Shown: positions 1 to 10,125 of the stretch, piece after piece
How the letters are laid out: the number at the start of each line of letters is the position of its first letter
Position numbering within the stretch: position 1 is the first letter of the stretch
Assembly (NCBI GenBank): GCA_963808125.1
Contig: CAWEEP010000011.1
Span: forward strand, 11,246-75,245
Direction of reading: 5' to 3'
Length of the DNA: 64,000 bases
From: Candidatus Dormiibacterota bacterium
GTDB lineage: Bacteria; Chloroflexota; Dormibacteria; Aeolococcales; Aeolococcaceae
Notes under the pieces: generated by a model
What the model was told of the DNA's origin: nothing
The model's input: only the letters and a program-made list of their open reading frames with translations
The model's database searches: none
Translations under genes and position numbers: made by a program

Positions 1-35
1 GGGCGCAGCGCTGCGGACGGAACCCGTGATGGCGG

Positions 36-1583
36 TCATGCCGGGCCGGGCCCGGCTTGCCGCACTGCCGCCGACCGCTCCATCACGGTGACGGCGTGGA
101 GGACGCCGAGCAGACAGCCGAAGGCGATGGCGATGCGGAACCACCAGAAGCCCATGTCGGTGTAGCCCATGATCACCCAGCCCACCGCGGTGCAGGCCGT
201 CAGCGTCCCGATCATGGAGACTTGCTTGTCTGGTGATCGTGCCGCTCGCGTTCCGGCCAGGACAGCCGCTGCGATGAACATCCACAGCGCCAATTCGCCG
301 AGGATGCCCATGCGCATCCAGACGTAGAGCACGCCGTTGTGCGGGACGTAGGCGATCATGCTGTCGATGTTGCTGATGTCCACGATAGGGTAGCTGCTGT
401 AGTTGATGGGCACGCCGAAACCGGTGCCCAGCAGCGGGTTCTGCTTGATCATCACGCCGAGGTTGGCGTCCTCGGCGACGCGGTACCCGTTGGACTGGGC
501 GTCGCGCGCATCGGGGGCTATGCCCGAACGCACGGCGACGGCGACGGAGGCCAGCGTGCCGCTGCCGTTCCACTCCGCGGGCAGGTAGAGGGCGAAGAGG
601 ACCAGCGTCGTAGCGACAACGCGGCGGATGAGCCGGCGCCGTTCGGGGAGGGCGGCGTAGACGAGGAGAGCCATGACGAGGAGTTCGCCGCCGAGGATCA
701 GGACGGCGTCTCGCCGCGAGTTGCCGATGTCGGCGACGATGACGAAGGGCAGCAGCGCCGTGGCCGTGAATCGCAGCCACCCCTTCTGCCGGTAGACCCA
801 CAGGCAGAGGGTCAGGATGATGAAGAGACTGAAGAAGACCGACTCCTCGTGGCCGAGGATCGCCTCGGGACGCGGGATCTCGTTGCGCGTGCCGAGGAAG
901 ATGTACACGCCCTGAAGCGCCTTGAAGCCGCTGCCCAGGACGAAGGCCCAGAGCACCGCCTGCACGGCGCGCCGGCTGCGGATCATCTGGGAGGCGAAGA
1001 GGAAGGTGGCGCCGAGGTAGATCCACGGTCGCACCTCCCAGAGGGCGGCGGTGTTGTCTGCGCTGGTGCCGCCGGCGGCCAGGGCGCGGACGAGCGCCAC
1101 GCCGGCGATCAGCACGAGCACTCCCAGAGTGGCGGCCACCTGGGTCCGCGGCAGCCTCAGGCTGCGATCGGTCGCCGCCCGGGTCAGCCAGACGACGAGG
1201 AGCACGACGACGGCGATGTCGATCGGGCTCATCACCAGGCCGGAGGCGCCGAACCCACTTGACAGGCTGGTGTAGAGGGGGATCTTGTCGGTGAAGGCGT
1301 CCAGGCCGGGGATGCCCACGGAGTACTCGAACTGTTCGACCACGGTGGCGCAGGCGAGCAACGTCAGCACACCGGTGGCGGGTCTCCTCCACCAGATGAA
1401 GGGCAGCGCCAGCGGCAAGGCCAGGAAGATGACGAGGACACTGCGACCGCTGCTGAGAACCCCGACGGCGAGCCCGAGCAGGACGGCGAGGATGGCGCCG
1501 GCACCTGCCGCAATCCGAACCCGGAGCCGGGCGAGCCGCTCGAGATCGGCCACCGAGGGGCTGGTGACCGCCAGGGCGGTCAC
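36..1583 (-). CDS. O-antigen ligase/polymerase (Wzy-like) multi-TM protein
   Basis: About 12 hydrophobic segments; Wzy_C-like motifs (GNSRR, ...GTGFG...HNGVLYVWMRMGILG). The GTG start at 1583 overlaps the upstream TGA (GTGA coupling). Confidence 0.8.
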   Translation of the reverse strand: MTALAVTSPSVADLERLARLRVRIAAGAGAILAVLLGLAVGVLSSGRSVLVIFLALPLALPFIWWRRPATGVLTLLACATVVEQFEYSVGIPGLDAFTDKIPLYTSLSSGFGASGLVMSPIDIAVVVLLVVWLTRAATDRSLRLPRTQVAATLGVLVLIAGVALVRALAAGGTSADNTAALWEVRPWIYLGATFLFASQMIRSRRAVQAVLWAFVLGSGFKALQGVYIFLGTRNEIPRPEAILGHEESVFFSLFIILTLCLWVYRQKGWLRFTATALLPFVIVADIGNSRRDAVLILGGELLVMALLVYAALPERRRLIRRVVATTLVLFALYLPAEWNGSGTLASVAVAVRSGIAPDARDAQSNGYRVAEDANLGVMIKQNPLLGTGFGVPINYSSYPIVDISNIDSMIAYVPHNGVLYVWMRMGILGELALWMFIAAAVLAGTRAARSPDKQVSMIGTLTACTAVGWVIMGYTDMGFWWFRIAIAFGCLLGVLHAVTVMERSAAVRQAGPGPA

Positions 1584-1723
1584 AGCTTGCCCAGGCCGAT
1601 CCATGCGTAGCCGAGGGCCACGGCGGTGACCAGGAGAGCGATCGCCTGCGCCCGGCGGGTGCGCTCGTGGTAGCGAAGGCTCACCGCCACGAGGGCGAGG
1701 ACGGCGAGCAGCGGCCAGGTCAC
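1580..1723 (-). CDS. 47-aa small membrane protein (two short hydrophobic helices)
   Basis: VTWPLLAVLALVAVSLRYHERTRRAQAIALLVTAVALGYAWIGLGKL*. GTGA overlaps at both ends: with the kinase stop at 1720-1722 and the wzy start at 1581-1583. Confidence 0.6.
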   Translation of the reverse strand: MTWPLLAVLALVAVSLRYHERTRRAQAIALLVTAVALGYAWIGLGKL

Positions 1724-2458
1724 CGCAGGTCGCCCAGGGACCGGCGCAGCCATCGCGGGATCGCGGACCGCGCTCCGTTGAGGATGACCGACGGAGGAGT
1801 CGGAAGCATGCGCACCGCCTCCTTGACCTGGGGCAGGGGCGAGATCCCCGCCCTGACCACCATGATCGGCGTGCCGGTGAGGCGCGCCGCCTCGATGCCG
1901 GTCGTCGAGGTGAGCAGCGGGGGCAGGTCGAAGACGACCACGTCGGCCCATTCGGAGAGCTGGGAGAGGATGGTGCTGGCCGCGAGCCGGCTCACTCCGC
2001 GAGGCGCATCGTCGCGCCAGCGCCCGGCGCTGAGCAGCCAGACGTCGCCGACGATCCGCTGCACATAGTCCTCGACGGAGTTGTGCCCCTGGACCAGATC
2101 GCCAACTCCCGGACCCTCGTGCAGCCCGAAACGTTGGTGCAGGGAGGGCTGCTCCAGGTCGAGGTCGACGAGGACGACGCGCCGCTCGTGATCGAGCCAT
2201 TCCATGATGGCAAGGGCGGCCGCGATGCTGCTCCCGGCCCTCACCGCGCAGCGCGCTGGTGACGCCGAAGCTGCCGTGCGCGGTGTCGCCGATCCGCTGC
2301 ATCGCCTCGCGGCACCCCTGGAGCAGCTCCGGGGGGACCAGGGCGTGGGCCTCGCTCGCGGGGTCGATCTCCGCCTCGCGCGTCGCTTCGCGGGGACGCG
2401 CCGCGTGGAGCGGCGTGACCTGTGCCAGGGGACGGGACGGGACGATCTCGGCGCTCAC
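1720..2458 (-). CDS. CpsD/CapB (BY-kinase-like) P-loop ATPase, frameshifted at ~2238
   Basis: Joining two frames gives TSALRGEGRSS (Walker A-like), LVDLDLEQP (A') and VVVFDLPP (Walker B). One extra G in a G run splits the gene. Confidence 0.75.
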
Positions 2459-3483
2459 GCCTCACCCCCTCGAACGGCGTTGGTGGGTGCCTTGAACCGG
2501 CCGACGGTGGCGACCACGTCCAGGCCCAGGATGCGCCGGATGTCCTCGGCGCGCCGCGCCGAACGGTCCGTCGCGGTGAGGGCGCTGAGGATGAGAACAC
2601 TGATGAGGAGCCCGACGACGAGGCCGGCGAGCCCGGTCTCGAGAAGATGCTTGCTGATGCTGACCGGCGATCCGCTGGCCGTCGGCGCGTCGAGAAGGTA
2701 GAAGCCGGTCTGGCTGCCGACGTTGGCGAGGCCCAGCTGAGCTTGCTGGTACTGGGAGAGGAGATTCTGGTAGGTGGTGCCGTCCAACGTCACGGCCTGG
2801 ACCAGTTCCGTCGCCGTGGCGTCGCCCACGCCGGTGGAGGACACGTCGGGGTGCGCCTTGAGGTAATTGGAGAGCGCCGTCTGGTCGTTCTGCAGGGTGA
2901 CCTGCGATTGGGCCACCTGCTGCTGGTAGTACTTGACGGCGACCTGGTCGCTGGTCGTCTGCGCCGCCACCGCCTGGGCGGAGTACTCATCGACAACCGC
3001 CAGTGCGGTGCCGGCGGCGACCTGTGGGGCGGGCGCCGTGACCGTGATGTTCAGCACCTGCGGGCCGGCCGTCACCAGCGTGACCATGGTGGGGAGATCA
3101 GCGGCCACCTGGTCGTCGATCGACCCCTTGGAACTGCTGAAGAGCGCAGAGAGCCCGGGCACGGCCGCGAGACCCGTCGCCTCGGCATGGGGATGGGATG
3201 CGAGGTAGGCGGCCAGCGGGCCCTTGTTCCCCACGGCGATGGCGAAGGACTGTGTCGAGAGCAGTTCCTGGACCACCGACTCCTGCAGGGTGGACGGGTC
3301 GACGTACTGATTGGCCGCGTTCGCGGGGCTGTTGCCGGGAACGGTGGCGTCGATCCAGAGGCTGGCGGTGGAGGTGAACGACCTGGGCTGCACGAGCTGG
3401 TAGCCACCGGCCACGATCAGGCCGATGAGGACCGGCAGGATCGCGACCAGCCGGTGCCGGAAGACTGTCTCTAGGAATCTCAT
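2455..3483 (-). CDS. Wzz/CpsC-like polysaccharide co-polymerase (chain-length determinant)
   Basis: N- and C-terminal TM helices flank a Gln-rich coiled-coil extracellular region. Ends with a typical '[14 protein letters not shown]' motif and sits directly upstream of the kinase domain gene. Confidence 0.75.
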   Translation of the reverse strand: MRFLETVFRHRLVAILPVLIGLIVAGGYQLVQPRSFTSTASLWIDATVPGNSPANAANQYVDPSTLQESVVQELLSTQSFAIAVGNKGPLAAYLASHPHAEATGLAAVPGLSALFSSSKGSIDDQVAADLPTMVTLVTAGPQVLNITVTAPAPQVAAGTALAVVDEYSAQAVAAQTTSDQVAVKYYQQQVAQSQVTLQNDQTALSNYLKAHPDVSSTGVGDATATELVQAVTLDGTTYQNLLSQYQQAQLGLANVGSQTGFYLLDAPTASGSPVSISKHLLETGLAGLVVGLLISVLILSALTATDRSARRAEDIRRILGLDVVATVGRFKAPTNAVRGGEA

Positions 3484-3751
3484 TGGCCGAGTGTCATCTC
3501 CGGACGGCGTTTGGGGAATGGGAGCAGACACGGGGGGGGCTTCGGATGTCCCCGGCACTGTGGGCGTATGTCCCAGCCGGACCCGGCCGGCCGGCCGGCC
3601 GAGCCTCCGCCTGGGACGCCGTCCCGCCCGGACCGGGACGGTCCATCGGGGATGGCCCCGCTGCCCATCGCCGGGCGGCGCCCCGACGCCCTACGCTCGG
3701 CAGGCCCGGAGCCGGGGCCTGATCCCCTCCTGGGTGCCTCTCCAACCTGGC

Positions 3752-3757
3752 TATCCT
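3752..3757 (+). promoter_or_regulatory. -10 element (TATCCT) 6 nt before the ATG: leaderless promoter
   Basis: TATCCT-cttgcc-ATG(3764); no Shine-Dalgarno sequence. Confidence 0.5.
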
Positions 3758-3763
3758 CTTGCC

Positions 3764-4825
3764 ATGCCATCCGTCCCCCCTCTCACGAACTCCTCGCCTC
3801 CAGCCGCCGACGCCGTTGCGGAGCCTTCCGAGGCGCACCTGCGCCGCGTTGTGATCACCGGAGGCGCCGGCTTCCTCGGCTCGCACCTCGCCGACCGCCT
3901 GATCCGGCGCGGGCTCACCGTGGTCGTCCTCGACAACCTGTCGACGGGCAGCGAGAACAACCTCGCGCACCTGCTGGGTCACCCGCGCTTCACCTTCCAC
4001 CGCCAGGACGTCACCGAGTTCCTGCTGGTCGATGGCGACGTCGACGCCGTCCTCCACCTCGCCTCGCCGGCGAGCCCGATCGACTACGCCCGCCTTCCCA
4101 TCGAAACCATCAAGGCCGGAACGCTCGGCACCCATCGGGCGCTGGGACTGGCGAGAGCGAAGGGAGCTCGCCTCCTCCTCGCCAGCACCAGCGAGGTCTA
4201 CGGTGACCCCGAGGTCCATCCCCAGCCGGAGAGTTACTGGGGCCATGTGAATCCGGTGGGGCCGAGGAGCATGTATGACGAGGGCAAGCGGGCGGCCGAG
4301 GCCTTCGTCATGGCGTACCGCAACCATCACAGGATGGACACCCGCATCGTCCGCATCTTCAACACGTACGGCCCGCGGATGCGCAAGGCGGATGGCCGGG
4401 CCGTTCCCAACTTCGTCACGCAGGCCCTCGCCGGAGAACCTCTGACGGTCTTCGGCGACGGCTCGCAGACCCGCAGTCTCTGCTATGTGGACGACCTCAT
4501 CGACGGCATCCACCGGCTGCTCCTGAGCGACGTTCGCGACCCGGTGAACATCGGCAACCCCGACGAGGTGACGATGCTCCAGCTCGCCGCGCTGATCCGC
4601 GACCTGTGCGGCAGCCGGAGCGAGATCGTCTTCCAGCCGCTGCCCACCGACGACCCGCGCCGCCGACGCCCGGACATCACGCTGGCCCGCCGAGCCCTCG
4701 ATTGGGAGCCACGCGTCGGCCTGGAGCAAGGACTGCGCCGCACCATCGACTGGTGGCGCACCGGTGTGATGCCGTCGCCCTCCGAAGAGGCGGGGCCTCC
4801 CGCCACGCACGCCACGGTGCCATGA
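3764..4825 (+). CDS. uxs: UDP-glucuronate decarboxylase (UDP-xylose synthase), extended SDR
   Basis: [29 protein letters not shown] and [10 protein letters not shown] motifs, typical of the UXS subfamily. Confidence 0.85.
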   Translation: MPSVPPLTNSSPPAADAVAEPSEAHLRRVVITGGAGFLGSHLADRLIRRGLTVVVLDNLSTGSENNLAHLLGHPRFTFHRQDVTEFLLVDGDVDAVLHLASPASPIDYARLPIETIKAGTLGTHRALGLARAKGARLLLASTSEVYGDPEVHPQPESYWGHVNPVGPRSMYDEGKRAAEAFVMAYRNHHRMDTRIVRIFNTYGPRMRKADGRAVPNFVTQALAGEPLTVFGDGSQTRSLCYVDDLIDGIHRLLLSDVRDPVNIGNPDEVTMLQLAALIRDLCGSRSEIVFQPLPTDDPRRRRPDITLARRALDWEPRVGLEQGLRRTIDWWRTGVMPSPSEEAGPPATHATVP

Positions 4826-5781
4826 GGCCGCCGGGCCCGGAGGCCCCACCTCGCATGAGCGTCTGCGTGCCCACCCGCAACCGGGGAGTCAGCCTCACCG
4901 CCACGCTGAGGAGTTTCCTCCACCTCGACCACGACAGCTTCGAGGTCGTCGTCGTCGACCAGAGCACGGACGATCTGTCCGCCGTTGCCTTCCGCGCGAC
5001 GGTGGGAGACAACTCGCGCTTCACCCACATGCCCTCCACGACGGTCGGCAAGTCGGCCGCCTGCAACGTCGCCCTCGACCACGCCCGGGGAGCCATCGTG
5101 GCCTTCACCGACGACGACTGCGAGGCCCCGCCCGACTGGCTGACCGGCATCGAGAGGGCCTTCGCCGGCCATCCGGGGTGGCGATGATCTGCGGCGGAGT
5201 CGCGGCGGCGCCGCATGACCCCGGCCCGGGGCGCGATTCCCAGCTTCGTCCCCGCGCGGCCGCGCCTTCTGCGCTCGCCCTGGCTGGCCTTCAAGGCGCA
5301 GGGAATCGGCGCCAACCTCTCCTTCCGGTCCCAGACGCTTCGCGACATGGGCGCCTTCGACGAGGTTCTCGGCGCGGGAGCGCCACTGCGCGCGGGAGAG
5401 GACGGGGACATCGCGTACCGGGTGCTCCGGGACGGCCACGGCATCCTCGAGCTCCCGGAGCCCGCGGTGCTGCACAGCGGCCTGAGAACCTGGGGAGCCG
5501 AATTGAAACAGCTGTCATGGGACGCGGCGCTCTCCGAGGGAGCCACCTACATGAAGCACCTGCGGCTGCGCGACCCCGTGGTGCTGCCCACCTTCGTCCT
5601 CCGCGGTCTCTTCGGCATGGTGAACTGGCGCAACCTGCTCCGCCTCCGTCAACCCACCGGACTGGGGCGGCTGGCCGCCTTCGCCTACGGCGTGAGGATG
5701 AGCTTCCGCTTCCCCATCGACCCCTCCTCCCGGCGATATCGCGCCCCCGCGCGCGAGCGAGGAGCCGACATGCGCGGCTGA
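4822..5781 (+). CDS. GT2 glycosyltransferase, two frameshifts (~5178, ~5219)
   Basis: [20 protein letters not shown] and GEDGD motifs; the ATG overlaps the uxs stop (ATGA). Confidence 0.8.
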
Positions 5782-5791
5782 GCCGCCCGGA

Positions 5792-7321
5792 TCAGTTCGG
5801 GCTGCCGGAACGCCTCGCGCCCCGGCGCGGGGCGACGGCACCGAGGAGTTGGCGGAACTGACGCCGCTCGGTGGCGCTGAGCACTCCGAGGAAACCGGCG
5901 AAGACGGGGAAGCTCACCATCCCCGACAGGATGCCGACGACGAGGCCGGCGCGCAGGCCGAGCACCACGAGGCCGGCCATCAGGGCGGTGGCCACCGCCG
6001 CCCGGGCGACGCGCATCGCCAGATGGCGGGTGAAGACGTCGCGGACCAGGAAGAAACCGATGACGGCGAGGACAACCTCGGTGATGACCATGGCGATGGC
6101 GGCTCCGATGGCCCCGTTGCCGTCGGTCCGCTGGAAGTAGGGGATGAGCACGAGATTCAGCGCGGGGTTGATGAGGCTGGCCAGCGCCATCATCTTCGTC
6201 CACACCATCTGCTGGTTGCGGGCGATCATTAGCTGGTTGGCCATGATGTTGAGGTACATCGGGGGCACACAGAGAGCGAGCAGCGCGAAGACGGGGATCA
6301 ACTCCGTGAAGTCGGGCCCATACAGCGCCCGTGTCAGCGGAGCGGCAACCAGCACGGCGCCGACGCACACCGGCAGGCTGAGCACGAGGACGAACTCGAT
6401 GGCGGGTCGCGCCGCCCGCAGCAGCGTCTCGCTTCCCCTTGTGTGCGCGCACCAGCTGCGAGAGCCACGCGGTGGAGAGGACGGTGGGGACGAACATCAG
6501 GGTGCCAAAGAGCTGGGTGGGGAGCCCGTACCACCCCAGCACCCGGGTGGAGGTCATCGCCCCCAGCATCAGCGAGTCGATCCAGAGATAGATGGTGAAG
6601 AAGGCAACGAAGCTCCAGTAGGGGAGGCTGGCGACGAAGAGACGGCGCAGCTCGCTTCGCTTCACTCTCCAGTCGATGTGGAAGTGGGGGCGCGACCAGA
6701 TCAGCACCATGACGGTGAGGACGGCGCCGATGATCACGAGAGCGAGGAGAAGGCCGATGGCCCTGACCCCGACCATGACGAGAACGATGCCGGTCACCGT
6801 CGAGAGGGTCTTGCTGAAGATCGTCGAGTAGGTCAGGTAGCGCATCTTCTCCAGGGCCTGGAATCCAGCCGCGATTGGCTCGGAAACGACGGCGAAGACG
6901 GTCATGCACCAGCCGAGGAAGACGGCGACGCCCTCGGGGCCGTGGAACGGACCCACCAACGTGATCACCAGGGTGAGGGCCAGGGCCGGCAAGCAGAAGA
7001 GGGCGCGGAGAACGATGCCGGTGCCGATCAGCTGGGGGGCCCGATCGGGATCGGCGGCGATCTCGCGGACCAGGAGGGGACGGAGCCGAGGCCAACGAGA
7101 ACGAGGAGCACCCCGGAGGCGGCCAGCCCCAGAGTGTAGAGACCGACCTGAGCGGAGCCCAGCCGCCGGGGCACGATCACCGTCCAGATGAGGGTGGCGA
7201 TCCAGGTGACGATCTGGCCGACGGTCAGGATGGAGATGCTGCGCGCCAGCACCACCGTGTTCGGTCGCGAAGTCTCGACCGTTTCGCCCAGGTGGGCGAC
7301 GGCGACAGCAGGATCCCCCAT
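5792..7321 (-). CDS. wzx: Wzx-type oligosaccharide flippase (MOP superfamily), frameshifts ~7090 and ~6437
   Basis: Reconstructed across three frames: many TM helices, 'RRLGSAQVGLYTLG', 'GWYGLPTQLFGTLMFVP', 'NLVLIP...GAIGAAIA'. Confidence 0.8.
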
Positions 7322-7424
7322 TTGTCCTGACTGTGGCCGCCGCGCCGGCGGAGGTGAATGGGCGGATCGACCAGTCACCGGGACATCCGGGGGGCGTCGA
7401 GCGGCCCCGCCGCCCGGGGACGGG

Positions 7425-8660
7425 TCAGACGGCGGCGCGGTGGAGGCCAACGCGGCCCACCCGGGACATCCCCGCCGCACCGGCCTGGCGAGCGTGGCGC
7501 ATGCCACCGTACAGGGCGGCCACCCGGCGGGCACCCGGGGTGGCGCGCACGATCTGGATCCGTTCGAAGGGGACGGAACGAGTGTCCCATCGCGACTTGG
7601 CCTGGTCCAGCCCGATCGAGAAGTTGACGCCGCTGAGGCCGCGGGAGATCGCCGCTTTCATGGCCTCGACGGTCGCGAAGGTGCTGACGCTGTAGCGCCA
7701 CAGGTCGGGGTCGAAGCCCGAGTGGTAGAGGTAGAGGACCCCGTTCATCTCCATGTTGAGACGGATCGCCACACGACGGCCGTCGAGCTCGACGACGCTG
7801 AGCCGGAGGCGGCCGGCCTCGGCGATCCGGCGCGCCAGCCGGCGGACGAACTCCCGCACCGCGGGGTCGGAGAAGTAGTCCGGATGGCTCGGTCCCCACC
7901 GCAGGCCTGCCCGGGCGGCATGCAGGGCGAAGAGGTCGTCGAGAACGGGGTCGAGTCCGTCGACGCCCGTGTGCTCCGAGTAGACGAGGCGCAGGTGGTC
8001 GCGAGCGGGCGCGTTGTACGCGCGGCGAATGCTCTCCTTCACATTGCGGCGCAGCCGGGCGCGGACCTCCTCCCAGCTTCCACCCAGGTCCATGACCAGG
8101 ACATCACGCTGACCCTCGGGGGCCGCGCCGACCATCAACTCCGCACTGGCGATCGCCTCATGCCACCAGCCCACGCCGGCTCCCCAGGCGCCAACCTCGA
8201 TCCAGCTCCACCTGCCGCCACTCCACAGCTGCTCCACCACGAGGGTGAGTGCGGCAACGGCGCGGTCGGGAGCGACCAGGGCCTCCGCCAGCTCGAACAT
8301 CTGTCGGTAACGGCGGCGTCGCGGACCCATCAGCTCCAGTGACGGGGCTCGCAGACCTGGCGCGGGCAGCCCCTCATACTCGTGGAAGGGGGCGATCGCC
8401 ACAGGCCCAGCAGGTGTTTCGACCACCATGGTCACCAGGCGCTCGTCCCAGAAGCTGCGGGCCCACTCGGACACCCACTCCCAGCTGAGGAACGGATTGG
8501 TCGTCCCGGTGCGCTGGAGCAGACGGCGCCAGGCCGGCTCGAGGCTGAGGAAGGCCTCCACCCCGCGGTGGCGAGTTGCCGTCAGAGGGCCGGGATCAGC
8601 GATCGCCGCTGCCGGGCGCGCCCGCGGAGGACGCGACGGGTCGGAGACGTTGCGCACCAC
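7425..8660 (-). CDS. GNAT family acyltransferase (CelD/BcsL, Acetyltransf_6-like)
   Basis: 'NPFLSWEWVSEW', 'LRRNVKESIRR', 'YLYHSGFDP...YSVST' and 'KSRW' are typical of CelD-like GNATs in EPS clusters. Confidence 0.75.
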   Translation of the reverse strand: MVRNVSDPSRPPRARPAAAIADPGPLTATRHRGVEAFLSLEPAWRRLLQRTGTTNPFLSWEWVSEWARSFWDERLVTMVVETPAGPVAIAPFHEYEGLPAPGLRAPSLELMGPRRRRYRQMFELAEALVAPDRAVAALTLVVEQLWSGGRWSWIEVGAWGAGVGWWHEAIASAELMVGAAPEGQRDVLVMDLGGSWEEVRARLRRNVKESIRRAYNAPARDHLRLVYSEHTGVDGLDPVLDDLFALHAARAGLRWGPSHPDYFSDPAVREFVRRLARRIAEAGRLRLSVVELDGRRVAIRLNMEMNGVLYLYHSGFDPDLWRYSVSTFATVEAMKAAISRGLSGVNFSIGLDQAKSRWDTRSVPFERIQIVRATPGARRVAALYGGMRHARQAGAAGMSRVGRVGLHRAAV

Positions 8661-8663
8661 CCC

Positions 8664-9925
8664 CTAGGCCACCGCGGGTTGCGCCAGGGAGGCCGCCCAG
8701 ATTCCCATGAGACGCCCACCGACGGCCGGCAGCCCGAACCGCCTCTCGGCGGTGGCGGCGACGTCGCGCCGGCCCGGCGGATCCGCGAGGAGCTCCTCGA
8801 TCGCGCCGGCGAAGGCGGGGGCGTCCATGCCGGGGGCGCAGCGCCCCAACCCTCCCGCCAGCATCTCCTCAAAGGGGTACACGGGCAGGCTGACCACGGG
8901 GGTCCCCTGCAGCGCAGCCTCCACGCCGACATAGCCCCACTCCTCAAAAAGGCTGGGGAGGAGAAGCGCATCGGCGGCCCGCATCAAGGCGTGGACGTCG
9001 GCGGGAGGACGCGGCCCCAGCCGCCGGACGGCGACGCTGGGCGGAAGGCCTGCCAGCGCCTCGGCGAGATGCTCGGCGTTGCCGCCGACGAGATCGAGGG
9101 CGATCGACCTCCCCCCGCGGGCGACCAGGCCAACCGCCTCAATGGCGAGCCGGACGTTCTTGCGTGGGTGGTCAAGGTCGCCGCTGCAGACGAGGAGTCG
9201 GGACGGATGCCGGCCAGTGCCGTTCCCGTCGCCGGCCACTTCCGCCGCCGCATGCGCCCCACCCTCCAGGACACGGCAAGGGGGCGGGCAGTGGACGGCG
9301 GGGACACCCGTTCTCCGCAGTTCGTCGGTGAGGAGCCGGGTGGGGGCGACGACGGTGTCGGCGGCGCGGTAGCCGCGGACGTCGTTGCGGTAGTGCAACA
9401 CCCCCTTGAGGGCCAGCCCCGCGCTGCGCGGGAAGTGCCGTCCGGTGTGTTTCCAGGTGGCGACCGCCCTCCCCACCGGCGCGTGGGGGTGGAACCAGGC
9501 CGCGACGATCACGCGGTCCGCCAGCGGCCGCATCGCCTGGGCCAGCGCCGGGTGGTTGGCGTGGGCGGCGTCGAAGCGTCCCAGCCGGGGAAGCCCGGAG
9601 TGCACCGCTGCGCTAAGTCGCCTCGCCGCGTACCGCGGCGACAGCCGTTCCCTCCGTCGCTGCCAGGGGGTCGGCGGCGCCAGGCCAAGGTTGACGACGC
9701 GGACGCCGAGGCCGGCGAGCCTCGCCTCCAGCGTCCGCGCGAGCGACTCGTGGGTGGCGAGGAGGGTCACGGCCGCGCCGGCGGCGGCGGCGGCGGCGGC
9801 CACGTGCTCGGCGTAGGTGTTCACCCCGCTGATGCCGCCGTCGTGCAGCCCGACCACGACCGTCAGCGGCGGCCCCTCTGAGACCCCCGTGCCCGCCTCG
9901 CGCCCCCGCGCCTGCACTCCAGTCA
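8664..9925 (-). CDS. GT4 glycosyltransferase (start approximate)
   Basis: 'GGISGVNTY', 'KNVRLAIEA' and 'LLLPSLFEEWGYVGVEAALQGTPVV' (GT-B EX7E signature). Confidence 0.8.
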
Positions 9926-10125
9926 CTGAATTGATGCGATCCCATGCGATGGCCGGTCCCCGCAGGACGGGGACGACGTCTATGGCGTGAGTATGGCGAC
10001 GGAGACGCCGCCCGACCACCGAGACATCTGTCCCACACCCGGGACGCTGGGTCCCATGGCGGCTTCCATCGGTGCCTCCTACGATCGCGAGGTGAACGAT
10101 CGGAATTCGCGCCGGTGATGCCGGC

